A stretch of 63,999 nucleotides of DNA, counting the filler, from Stramenopiles sp. TOSAG23-6 (lineage: Eukaryota): assembly GCA_900128565.1 (NCBI GenBank). It is 11 parts of 11 records of this genome, joined end to end, with 100 filler letters (N's around TTAATTAATTAA, not from the genome) between each part and the next. Parts side by side here need not be neighbours in the genome. Positions count along the whole stretch, not along the records: positions 41,310 to 47,096 come from LT636833.1; positions 47,197 to 52,982 come from LT636834.1; positions 53,083 to 58,867 come from LT636835.1; 8 more parts are not named here. One strand, 5' to 3'. The position numbers and the translations under genes were made by a program. The notes beneath the pieces are model-generated. The model searched no databases, was not told the DNA's origin, and was given only the letters and a program-made list of their open reading frames with translations. Of this stretch, positions 42,743 to 53,148 are shown piece after piece (the stretch's first letter is position 1; the number at the start of each line of letters is the position of its first letter).

Positions 42743-45334
42743 ATGAAAAGAATGCATTTGCTCTGTAAAAAAATGATTTCATTAATACTGTGTAGTATGC
42801 TTGCAAGTACGGTTGAAGCTACTAACTGCGTTTCTATAGTTTGGCCACGACCATTTTCTGTTATATCAAATACTTCTATCGTCATTGTGAAAGTTTCTTC
42901 ATCTTTCTCGAAAAGTAGTATGAAAGGTGTCTTACACGACGACAGAGATAATCTCATAAATTCAAGCAAAATTACGCTTCCTTGTCCTCCAATAGAACGT
43001 GTATGTATATATTTAGATCATTGGTTGACAGAATTTTGCTTACCTGTGAAAGAAAACTACAGAGATGCCAAGGAGTTTGATTTGCATTTTGATCTCAGAG
43101 AGATCGGAGGAGTCACTCTTGGAATACACGTAATTTCCATACAGGAATTTACGCAAGGTATCTCATCATATGCACGAACAACTCGTTTTTGCGATAATTG
43201 CACTATTATAGTACAAATAGTTTCACCACCACTAATAGAACTAGAAGGAGATGAATTAAGTGCTGCACGCAATATTACCAATCATTTTGTACTTCCAATA
43301 TTGGATCAAAAAATGTTCACTTCTTCGATATCAAGTTCATGTATAGATAGTAATATGACAATGTCTTGTGCATTTAAGAGAATAGCAATATTAAATGGTG
43401 AATTTATTCTATTTGATAAGTTTAGTGCTGACTCAAAAAACACTACACTAGGTACCCAGTTACCTATTATTAGCCCAACAAAAAATACAAAAAATACAAA
43501 AAATTCTTTAGGTACAAAATATTCTGAAAAAAATAAAGATGCTGTGAGATTTTCAGGCAATTTTATTCAACCTTCATTCAGGCACCGTGTTGCCATGGAA
43601 AATGTTCCTCCTATTCATGTGCGTTTTCAAAATTGAATTTTAATTTCAAATGTTTTTTTGTACGAAATTTCATACCTAACAAAATTTAAAAAAAAAATGA
43701 AATATTTAAATGCCAGACATCTTAAAGTAGTAGACATGCATTGGCAGATTGCTAAACAAAATTGTCATTTTTATAGTAAAATTCCTACTTTTTTTGTATC
43801 ATTGTTTCAATTTCCCCAGCACTGGCATACATTTCACATAAGTTTTCATTATAAATTTCGAATTTTTATTTTTTCGTACAAAATTCCCTACCTAACAAAA
43901 AAATCGAATTTGACATATTTTCCCAAAATTTATGATTCTTTTATGGCATTGTGGATCACCATAATGAAGAATGCATCTTCATCATTACTTCGTGATGATA
44001 GAAACATCCAAATTGTTTTCATGTAAGTTTTTATTATTTATTGAACAAATGTTGTTAAAATGTATTTTTTTCTATTTCGAATAATTTTTTTTCATAGAAA
44101 ATTTTGTACCTAATAAAAAAAATCAAATTTTTAAAAAATATTTTCTTAAAATTCATGAATCCAGACTTCCCTCCAAGTGATAAATTAGAAATTCATCTTG
44201 GTAAATATTTGTTCTTATTTCGTATGTTGAGTCGGCATCAATTCCTCTCTTGGGCAGACTTGAAAAATTTTGAATCAACTAAAAAAAATGAAAAAAATGA
44301 AATAATTTGGAATTTTTGTTTTGATCACGTCATCACAGGATTTCGTGATGAATTAAATATGTATGACCACGATGTTACTAATGAACGTGATACATATAAT
44401 AATAGTAATAATAATAATAACAATAATCATTATATCAATAATAAGAAGAAGAAAAATGATACTCAATGTAACCCTAACACTACTCAACATTTAAATTGCA
44501 AATACAAAAAATTTAGTCAACAATTTTGGATAGATAAATTTCTTGAATTTTTTTATATCAACTTAGGTTTAATCAAAATTGAGATGACTACATATATGGA
44601 ATATCTTACCGATAGGTATTACTGTAATTCTGAATTTTTGGATAAATATTGGATTGATAGAAAAAACAAAACACAAAAAAAACACGAAAAACCAATAGTT
44701 TCAATAATTGAAAGAGAAAATCGTAAAATTCTGAATTGGAATGAAATTGAAAATATATTTCTAAAAAAAGGTTGTATGTTGTCTACTTTAAAATTTCAAA
44801 TGTATTGTTCAATTTTTGTTTGTTTTTGTACCATAATTTGTACCTAACAAAAAAATCAAATTTTTGAAATATTTTTTTCACAATACATATTCAGTTCAGA
44901 GGCTTCGAATGGAAAAAATGACAATGAGAGAACAAGTCATTGCTATGCATGAAACAACTATTTTGATTGGCTTGCAAGGAAGTGGATTAGGTAATAGCTT
45001 ATTCTTACCTCCAAACACGAAATATCAACAAATTCATGTGATACATTTATTTCCATATGGCATTTATCCATGGTTAGGAAATAATTTTTCACGAATCGCA
45101 TCATTGAATCAAAGAAAGTATACCAAATGGGTGAATAAAGACATTTCATTATCTAGATTTAAAAAACCATTTACTATTGGAAAACACGAAATATTGCCAA
45201 ATTCGAAAGAATATATTTTATTTTTAGAAGAGAATTTAAATAGAGTGTGGGATTCTCTATGGTTTACTGCGTTTCAAATTGTCACTAATCAAGACACATT
45301 TGTTGATATTCATTGGCTTGATGAAATTATATAG
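42743..45334 (+). CDS. Glycosyltransferase family 61-like protein with four family introns
   Basis: HWHTFH|DSFMALW, SIIERENRKILN, MTMREQVIAM..ILIGLQGSGLGNSLFLPP, LFPYG. Confidence 0.78.
43619..43720 (+). other. Non-AG family intron (102 nt, GTGCGT...GCCAGACAT), phase 0
   Basis: Joins PPIH|LKVV; in-frame stop inside; CAG at 43716 out of frame. Confidence 0.75.
43838..43933 (+). other. Family intron with AT donor (96 nt, ATAAGT...CAAAATTTAT), stop-free and in frame
   Basis: Interrupts HTFH|D motif; CCCTACCTAAC core. Confidence 0.7.
44023..44156 (+). other. Non-AG family intron (134 nt, GTAAGT...AAAATTCAT), phase 2
   Basis: Joins IVFM|NPD in frame; TTTTGTACCTAAT core. Confidence 0.78.
44774..44888 (+). 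other. Family intron (115 nt, GTATGT...CACAATACAT), phase 1
   Basis: Joins KKG-Y-SVQRL; an in-frame AG 6 nt downstream cannot be excluded. Confidence 0.75.
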
Positions 45335-45632
45335 TTAGACACATTTGTTGATATTCATTGGCTTGATAAAATTTTAAACATTAATGGTTTTTTGGAGATA
45401 GTTCGATCCTGAAATTTTAGGAAAAATCCATTTTTGGATTTTTTTCTAAAAATCAATCTGAAAAAATCATCAAATTCATAACGGAAAAAAGAAAATCACC
45501 GACGTAACTGTAACGACAAAATCATTGAGAATAGTGAACTGTCTTTGTTGTTGTCTGTGTATCCCGCTATATACCTGTTCTCGCTTCCTGTTCTATTATT
45601 CATTGGCACAAGTTGCACAACAGAACTATCTA

Positions 45633-46223
45633 ATGTCGTGGGGAAAAGGAGGACCTAAATTTTACAAGGGTAGTAGTAAAACCACTGCATGGAATAGGGA
45701 TTTACTTTGGAAATTATATGTAGAGAAAAACGAAGCGCGTCTAAATAACGAGACATTAGATAAACGTGTATTACTACCTGGAAATTTATCCAATAGAAAC
45801 TATGACGTCATTGACTCATCACGAACTTTGGACACGGCAAGAATGGTTAATGCTCCTAATAATTCGGAACGTGTAAATTCTCTTGAAAAGCAAATAGCAA
45901 GGGAGGTTGAAGCTCGTCAAAAAATTCAACGTTTAATAGCGAATATTTTAAGAGAGAAAACAACGAGAGAATGTATCTCAGAAGAGGCAAGACTGAAATC
46001 AACATTAATCAAACTTCGACGATTGCGTCTGACGACTGAAAATAAAAATAGCAAAATTGGAGACAAGGATGACAAAATAACATCAAGAAAATTCATAAAA
46101 ACGTCAACTTTTGTAGATAATTGTCGTAGTAGTAATAGTACTAGTAACAGAAATTTTCAGTTTACCATTGGGAATGAAAGTGACTGTTTAGCTAGACCAA
46201 CTGAGAATAAAAAGTATACATGA
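45633..46223 (+). CDS. Hypothetical protein with short coiled coil
   Basis: 196-codon open frame from ATG; no recognised domain. Confidence 0.55.
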   Translation: MSWGKGGPKFYKGSSKTTAWNRDLLWKLYVEKNEARLNNETLDKRVLLPGNLSNRNYDVIDSSRTLDTARMVNAPNNSERVNSLEKQIAREVEARQKIQRLIANILREKTTRECISEEARLKSTLIKLRRLRLTTENKNSKIGDKDDKITSRKFIKTSTFVDNCRSSNSTSNRNFQFTIGNESDCLARPTENKKYT

Positions 46224-46409
46224 AAATCAGAAATCTTAATGAGGACGCGGTAAACTATAGTCTATACCTAGCTACTATAAGTATAACTGTAGTAATATAT
46301 ATATGATATATATATAAACGGAAAATTTTCAATAGTTTATATAATATTTTGTATATTTTTATACACTAAAAATTTGTTTTTCCTATCAAACTCATTACGA
46401 AACAAAGAT

Positions 46410-47042
46410 TTATAAAACTTTTGAGTGATTATATCTCTTTAATGTATTGTTTGAATGACAAACACAACAATTTCGTTTCCATCCAAAATAATGAGCTAAT
46501 TTAAAAACTAATCTCGGGGCTCCTTCACGTAAAAATTCCCATGGGGTTGAGATAAAATAATTAAGTGAAACACTGGCTTCACTTATTGGTTTGGTAGTTG
46601 ATATATATGAAATTGAATTTTTAGGATTTTTAGGATTTTTAGAATTTTTAGCAAATTTCGTACCTACTAAATTTCGAATTTGTTCTTTATTTTGTTGACT
46701 GTTTCTATTCATTTTAGATGTCTCAATGCTTGTTTTTATACTTTGAACATTATTATTATTTACTTCATTAGTTATTGGTCTTACTTGGTGGAACCAATAT
46801 CTGGGTATCAAAAGAATATCTCCAGTGTTTAAATCTATTGTATATATTGATGCTTTCCTTATGAGTGGTCTTTGTCTTATTTCCTGTTTCACTGCCTCAA
46901 CACCAAGCACTCCACTGGCTGATTCAGCATTTGCATCACACGTTGTTGTGCCGTCATCATATTTATTATTAATATAACAAAATTTTGCGTGCCAAGGAGG
47001 AACGAGAGAAACACGTTTTCTACCATATGTCTGAATTATTAT
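46410..47042 (-). CDS. JmjC/cupin-8 domain protein, 3' exon
   Basis: IIIQTYGRKRVSLVPP, LNTGDILLIPRYWFHQV, SVSLNYF. Confidence 0.8.
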   Translation of the reverse strand: MIIQTYGRKRVSLVPPWHAKFCYINNKYDDGTTTCDANAESASGVLGVEAVKQEIRQRPLIRKASIYTIDLNTGDILLIPRYWFHQVRPITNEVNNNNVQSIKTSIETSKMNRNSQQNKEQIRNLVGTKFAKNSKNPKNPKNSISYISTTKPISEASVSLNYFISTPWEFLREGAPRLVFKLAHYFGWKRNCCVCHSNNTLKRYNHSKVL

Positions 47043-47096
47043 ATGTATTTTGGAAAAATATTTCAAAAAAAAATTGTTAGGTACAAAATTTCGTAC
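47043..47096 (-). other. 3' part of a family intron at contig end
   Basis: GTACGAAATTTTGTACCTAAC..AAATATTTTTCCAAAATACAT then ATA ATA ATT CAG. Confidence 0.8.
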
Positions 47097-47740
47097 NNNN
47101 NNNNNNNNNNNNNNNNNNNNNNNNNNNNNNNNNNNNNNNNTTAATTAATTAANNNNNNNNNNNNNNNNNNNNNNNNNNNNNNNNNNNNNNNNNNNNCGAG
47201 ACACAAGGTTAGACTGAAGTCTAGCTTGCTGTTGTGCAGTCTCAGCTTTAACTTGTTTAACTTTATCACGTACATCATCATGATGACGGGAGAGTGTTTC
47301 TACTTTTTCTGATATTATTTGTTCTCGGCGCTTCTCGGCATTTCGAAGCCGTTCTACAGCAGAAGGCGATGTTTGCAGTTGTTGTTTTGGTGGAGAACCT
47401 AAACGGTGGTCGAGAGCACGTCGGCTTTATAATGGTTCTTTTTGAGATTTCGTTTTTAACGGCGAAGAAGTGTGCCAATCTTTTGTGACATGATTACAAA
47501 AGATTGGAAAGATCTTTCTTTAGTTCCTGAGCTGACGATCAAGTTTCAATAATACGTACCCGGTACTGGCTGACCCGATTGGTTTTTTTGGTTTTTTTTT
47601 CAAGATATTCCATATCTGCTCACCATGATAAGATCATCATCAGATCTATTTCGAATATTTTTCGATTTAAACAAACATGTTTTCATAATATTATTTACTA
47701 GATTTCCCGAGTATCGGCGTTATATCAACCCATTGGTTTA

Positions 47741-48793
47741 ATGGAGCTTACACGTCGAAAACAGGAAAAAAGTGATTCTTTGCGAAAGAAAGATTTATCG
47801 GAAGAGCCATACAAGACAATTGTTTTTATTCGCCATGGTGAATCAACGTTCAATAAATGGCGGAAAAACAGTTTTAAGCGTTGCAGTTGTTTCTGCAATC
47901 AACTGAAGTATTTCAGAGAAGACTTGCGTGATGCGCCGCTGTCGGATAAAGGTGTCAAGCAGGTAAGAAATCTTGCGAAGCGTATCAAAGAACTTGGAAT
48001 AAAAGAAAAGGCTCAACTCATTGTTGTCTCTCCATTTGCTCGTGCTCTCCAGACGGCTCTTGGAGGTTTTGGTCTCAGCGAAAACTGGGAAACTAACAAA
48101 CTTCAGAATATTAGTGCCTGCTCAGCGAACTCAGTACGTCCACAGTCAACTGAAGTTTTGAATTCCAGTGTTGAGGGAAGTCGTACTGTTGAAAACGAAA
48201 AGTTTCGACCTCTTGTGTTGGGTGTCTTGCGAGAAAAAATTGGTAGCAGCTGTGACATTGGCACACCAAAAGGTAAGTTAGAAAAAGAATTTGGCGATGC
48301 TGTAGACTTTATGCCAGATATGCCTGAATCTTGGTGGTATCCCAGTTACAGCGATAAGGCGATTAATAACCCGAAAGATGGAATAGTTATCATGGAAAGC
48401 GATAAATATTTTAAAAGGAGAGTTTCTATATTTAGGGAGTGGTTATTGCGACGACCCGAAGTATATATTGTAGTTGTAGGACATAGTAATTTTTTTCGAA
48501 CTCTTTTTGGTTCTTCGTTGAAAATGTCGAATTGTGGTATAAAAAAACAGAAAATTATTAATGACGTCAACTTGGCGTTGAATTACAAAACAGTTTGGTG
48601 TGAAAAAGTTCACCCAGTTGCATTAACGGATAGTACTTTCGATCCAGTGCATTGTCTTGATGCATCAAACTGGAATCAAGAAGATGTGGAAAAGGTTAGT
48701 GGGACCTACGGAGAAAATGGACCGGCGCCAGAACGATGTATTCGAATAGCGAATCATAGATTTTCTTCCATGTCTTCCATGTCTTCAAAGTAA
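47741..48793 (+). CDS. Histidine phosphatase / phosphoglycerate mutase-like protein
   Basis: FIRHGESTFN, DAPLSDKG, VSPFARALQTA, VVGHSNF. Confidence 0.88.
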   Translation: MELTRRKQEKSDSLRKKDLSEEPYKTIVFIRHGESTFNKWRKNSFKRCSCFCNQLKYFREDLRDAPLSDKGVKQVRNLAKRIKELGIKEKAQLIVVSPFARALQTALGGFGLSENWETNKLQNISACSANSVRPQSTEVLNSSVEGSRTVENEKFRPLVLGVLREKIGSSCDIGTPKGKLEKEFGDAVDFMPDMPESWWYPSYSDKAINNPKDGIVIMESDKYFKRRVSIFREWLLRRPEVYIVVVGHSNFFRTLFGSSLKMSNCGIKKQKIINDVNLALNYKTVWCEKVHPVALTDSTFDPVHCLDASNWNQEDVEKVSGTYGENGPAPERCIRIANHRFSSMSSMSSK

Positions 48794-48843
48794 AAAAAAT
48801 ATATTTGGTATTAGCTTATTTAGGTTATATTTGAATAAATGTC

Positions 48844-49935
48844 TTAACTCATTTCTTTTGCTTCAAACGCTTTCCAACTTTGATTTAGCGCTTGAAATAT
48901 CTGTTCCGCAATCACCTTTGTTTTCATATCTGCATCTTGTTTGAGCTTATCGGGATGACAAATTCTCATGGCCTTGAAATAAGCAATTTTAACTTTTCTT
49001 GGTTGGATGAGATCAGTCATACCAACTTCCTTCCATTTAGTACCCTTCCACAAAACTGTATGTAATGTACCCAATAATGTTCTAATTTGCTTGAATTCAC
49101 TACCATCTTTAGCCCAGTTTTTCATAGGAACAAGAATGTCTTGTTCAATACGCTGTTTTTCTTCGATTTCGTTATTTTTGAGAATATCCTCATTCCGGAT
49201 TTCTTTCAAACGACTAGCAATTTTATCTTCAACATTTCCAATTCCGATATCAGCCATTTGCTGTTCGAAGGTCTTAGGTTTATTCTCGGCAGAATTATCC
49301 CAAGAATAATTGGAAGACGAAGCTCTAGGACTAAACTGCATCATATCGTCAGCGCCTTCCTCTACAGAATGAACGTCAATAGATTTTGGTCTAGAGTGAC
49401 TCTTTCGAGATTTCTTTTTTTTCTTTTTATTCTTCCGATGTTTAATTTCTTCAGCATCATCAGAGACGGATGCGAATGAATCGAGCGAACTTCGATGATT
49501 GCTATTCTTCTCTTCTTCTCTCCACATTTCTTCCTCGTCCGACGAAGCCGAGAGATCACCAGACAAATTATCCATGACAGCATATCTATCATAATTTAAG
49601 TATTCATTCGGAATTTCTAGGTCAAAATAGATATTATCTAAGCGAAGTACCTTGAGGAAAATGACACCATTATAGATTGGCGCTTCCTTTGAACCATCAC
49701 CAACGACGTCCTCATATACATAAGACTTTGGACCAGAAGGACATCGAAACCGGAAAAGATATTGACCAATCCCTGTCTGAAGCAAAGGGAATGAATCAAT
49801 TACATCCTTCTGGCGAAGATTTCTTCTACTTTTAGATATGGTGAATGCATTTGGATGACGCTGGTCCTCTCCCAGTTCACCTTGTATGGTGTAGAATACC
49901 ATGACACTGTTGCTATTATGACTATTAACTGGCAT
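48844..49935 (-). CDS. Auxilin-like J-domain protein with N-terminal DIX-like domain
   Basis: IRTLLGTLHTVLW..VKIAYFKAMRICHPDK..AEQIFQALNQSW. Confidence 0.85.
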   Translation of the reverse strand: MPVNSHNSNSVMVFYTIQGELGEDQRHPNAFTISKSRRNLRQKDVIDSFPLLQTGIGQYLFRFRCPSGPKSYVYEDVVGDGSKEAPIYNGVIFLKVLRLDNIYFDLEIPNEYLNYDRYAVMDNLSGDLSASSDEEEMWREEEKNSNHRSSLDSFASVSDDAEEIKHRKNKKKKKKSRKSHSRPKSIDVHSVEEGADDMMQFSPRASSSNYSWDNSAENKPKTFEQQMADIGIGNVEDKIASRLKEIRNEDILKNNEIEEKQRIEQDILVPMKNWAKDGSEFKQIRTLLGTLHTVLWKGTKWKEVGMTDLIQPRKVKIAYFKAMRICHPDKLKQDADMKTKVIAEQIFQALNQSWKAFEAKEMS

Positions 49936-50321
49936 TTCTCTTTTGAAAGATTAAGCTGAAGGGACTAACTTGCACACTACTATGATGAAGAATACTATAT
50001 CGTAATTTGTAACAAGGCTGTGACCCTGATATCAAACTTTTGCAGTCCGTGATACTACTGATTTTGATTAGATTGAGAATTTTATAATATGACAATGTTC
50101 CGATGATTAAGGTCAATAATTTGGGATTCGATGTCGAAAGCGAAAGTTCGAACATCCGACACGAGCGAATTCTCGATACCCGGTTCACTGTTTCAGTGCA
50201 GTCAAAAAAATTTTAGACAGGTAAACTTCAAGATTAACCTTGCCTATAAGTTACCTTCAGACAGTGAAAATATCAAAGTTACAAATACTGTGTACAGCTA
50301 CTTGAATACCCTGGATACAAA

Positions 50322-51692
50322 ATGTCCTCTATAATATCTACAAGCAATGCTGATGCAGGCATATCAGAGGTAGCAAAAGTAAAGACTGATTTGAAACCTC
50401 ATCGACGTCGTTTTGTTGGTCGAAAAACTGGGCCATCCACTTGTGAAACTCGCCAGACAACCTCTCGTAGTGGTGCAGCAGCGCGTCGTAGGCGTATTCA
50501 GCGTAGTGGGATGAATAGGCGTTTATTAAATCAAGTTCCTGATGACATTCTTCAATGCGAAGCTCTCAATAAAGCCATTGCTCAACTTCCTTCAAACTAT
50601 AACTTTGAAATACATAAATCTGTGTGGAAAGTGATGCAGGCAAGTGCACAGAAAGTCGCACTTCAGTTACCAGAAGGGTTGCTGATGTATGCGTGTGTTA
50701 TTAGTGATATATTAGAACATTTTACGGGTGTCGAAACATTGATAATGGGTGATGTTACGTATGGTGCTTGTTGTGTCGATGATTTATCTGCAAAAGCACT
50801 TGGCTGTGATTTTTTGATTCATTATGGTCACTCTTGTTTGGTACCTATAGACATCACTGACAATTCCATAAAAGTCTTATATGTATTTGTTGATATCAGC
50901 ATTGATGTAAAACATCTGATTGCGTCTGTCAAACAAAATTTTCCAGCGCACAAGAACATAGCAATATTGGGTACAATTCAATTCAGTAGTGCTTTGCATA
51001 TTGCTGCAAAGCAACTTCTGCCTCACTTCAAGTCTTCTGGGGGATCCTGTTATATTCCACAATGTAGGCCATTATCTGGAGGCGAGGTTCTTGGCTGCAC
51101 TTCCCCTGTTTTAAATCAAAATTGTGATTTATTTGTATTTGTCGCAGATGGGCGGTTTCATCTAGAGAGTGCAATGATTAGAAATCCAACACTAGCTGCC
51201 TTCCTGTATAATCCATACTCCAAAACTCTTGAAAAACACAGTTACGATACTGAAAAGATGAAGAGAATTCGCGGTGAAGCCGTGCAAATGGCTCGTGGTG
51301 CACAACGTTGGGGGGTTATTCTTGGTACTCTAGGTCGTCAGGGTAGCCCTGCAATTCTTCGACGTGTGGAAAAACTGTTGAACGCGTCAAATCGTGAATA
51401 TTTTGTATTGCTCCTTTCCGAAGTTTTCCCTGCGAAACTTGCTTCTTTTATAAACGTTGATGCGTGGGTACAGATTGCATGTCCTAGACTTTCTATTGAT
51501 TGGGGGCATCATTTTGAAAAACCATTACTATCATCATATGAGCTAGAGACATGTTTGTCCCATGTGAGTGGTGCGAAGTGGTGTCCAGGTGGAACTTATC
51601 CCATGGACTTTTATTCACGCAGTGGCGGCAAGTGGAGTAATTATGCTGCAAAACTAGATAATGGAAAAGTTGACCGAGGAATGCGAAGTTGA
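50322..51692 (+). CDS. DPH1: Diphthamide biosynthesis protein 1
   Basis: LPSNYNFEIHK, ALQLPEGLL, GDVTYGACCVDD, HYGHSCL, GEVLGCTSP, QIACPRLSIDWG. Confidence 0.96.
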   Translation: MSSIISTSNADAGISEVAKVKTDLKPHRRRFVGRKTGPSTCETRQTTSRSGAAARRRRIQRSGMNRRLLNQVPDDILQCEALNKAIAQLPSNYNFEIHKSVWKVMQASAQKVALQLPEGLLMYACVISDILEHFTGVETLIMGDVTYGACCVDDLSAKALGCDFLIHYGHSCLVPIDITDNSIKVLYVFVDISIDVKHLIASVKQNFPAHKNIAILGTIQFSSALHIAAKQLLPHFKSSGGSCYIPQCRPLSGGEVLGCTSPVLNQNCDLFVFVADGRFHLESAMIRNPTLAAFLYNPYSKTLEKHSYDTEKMKRIRGEAVQMARGAQRWGVILGTLGRQGSPAILRRVEKLLNASNREYFVLLLSEVFPAKLASFINVDAWVQIACPRLSIDWGHHFEKPLLSSYELETCLSHVSGAKWCPGGTYPMDFYSRSGGKWSNYAAKLDNGKVDRGMRS

Positions 51693-51763
51693 TGTCAACT
51701 ACAGTATTAAAAACAATAAATATGGTGCATTTTTGAATTTAGATAACAATTTCATTTTTATTG

Positions 51764-52982
51764 TTAAATGTTTATTGGTCTGTTTAAACCAATTCCAACT
51801 TGATTCGGCTTTATCGCCGATTCTTGAACTATTCCAACTTCATTCAATGTTTGATGGGGCATTAAACTGATTTTCCCCACACCTGCTTGAAATCTCTCAG
51901 TATATAATACGTATACAATTAAAAGAGCAAGCCCAGTTCCTAGTATTACAGGTACCACCAGAGATTTTTTGCTCTTATCACAACACTCGCCAGTCCAACC
52001 TTCATCACACTCACATTTATCACTAGATGTGGGACATTTTCCGTTCTTACAACACACTGTGCATTTTCCTTTTTGAAGCTTTGATACCTCGGGTACCTCG
52101 GGGGGAAAATTTGGTTTCGAGCAGTTAGGGCCACTGAAATTAGGTTTACACTCACATTTATCATTTACACAGACACCATGTTCAGGATTACATCCGTGTT
52201 CAATGCATCCTTTTCTGTCGCAGTTATCGCCAGTAAAGCCAGCTTGACATTGACATTTTCCAGTTTTATCACACTCGCCATACGCACATGTTTTCCTACA
52301 GGATAGGTCTTCACATGTACTCCCCTCGAAGTTGTTGAAACATTTGCATTTGCCGTTTTCACATATTCCATTGATACATGGGGTTTTACCGTCACAAGAC
52401 TTGTCACTGCAAGTTTTCCCAACATAATTAGTAAAACATGAACACTCGCTGTGAACACATGTACCATGTACACAGTGAACACCACCACATAATTTTTCAC
52501 TGCAGAAATCGCCACTGTAACCCTTCGAACAATGACATTTGCCATTTACACATTTGCCATTTATACATGATTTACCATTGCAATCTTCACATGTATCACC
52601 AGTATAGCCATTGAAACAGTTACATTTGCCATCTTTACATTCGCCATTGATACACAAAAGTTTACCCCCACACAAAGATTTCTCGCAGGTGTCACCACCG
52701 TAACCTTCATGACAGATACATTGCCCAAGATCACATTTTCCATTGACACAATTAACCTCACCGCATTTTTCGCAAAGTTGACCAGTGAAACCACCGTGAC
52801 ATTTACATTTGTCACTGTTTTCTACACACGACCCATGAATACATTTGCATGAATCTCCGGGCGCAATACTACATGTAGAACCCATGTAACATTCTCTACA
52901 TGCACATCTTGGTGGTGACAGCGTTTGTACCAAATATGTCGAATCTAGGAGTTCTAAAAATCTTGATTTTTCTCCGTTTCCT
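51764..52982 (-). CDS. Tenascin-like EGF-repeat membrane protein, 5'-truncated
   Basis: Tandem C..GxC..CxCxxGxxGxxC repeats then TM helix LVVPVILGTGLALLIVYVLY. Confidence 0.85.
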
Positions 52983-53082
52983 NNNNNNNNNNNNNNNNNN
53001 NNNNNNNNNNNNNNNNNNNNNNNNNNTTAATTAATTAANNNNNNNNNNNNNNNNNNNNNNNNNNNNNNNNNNNNNNNNNNNN

Positions 53083-53148
53083 GTTAGGTACAAAATTTCG
53101 TACGAAAAAAAAATTTAGACAAAAAATTGAAAAAAAATTAAAACATAC
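53083..53148 (-). other. Family intron truncated at contig start
   Basis: TAT|GTATGTTTT..TTTCGTACGAAATTTTGTACCTAAC. Confidence 0.8.

Noticed and set aside
43619-44888. Alternative genetic code or readthrough explaining broken ORFs
   Set aside because: Intact genes end normally in TAA, TAG and TGA; the breaks coincide with family inserts and include frame changes.
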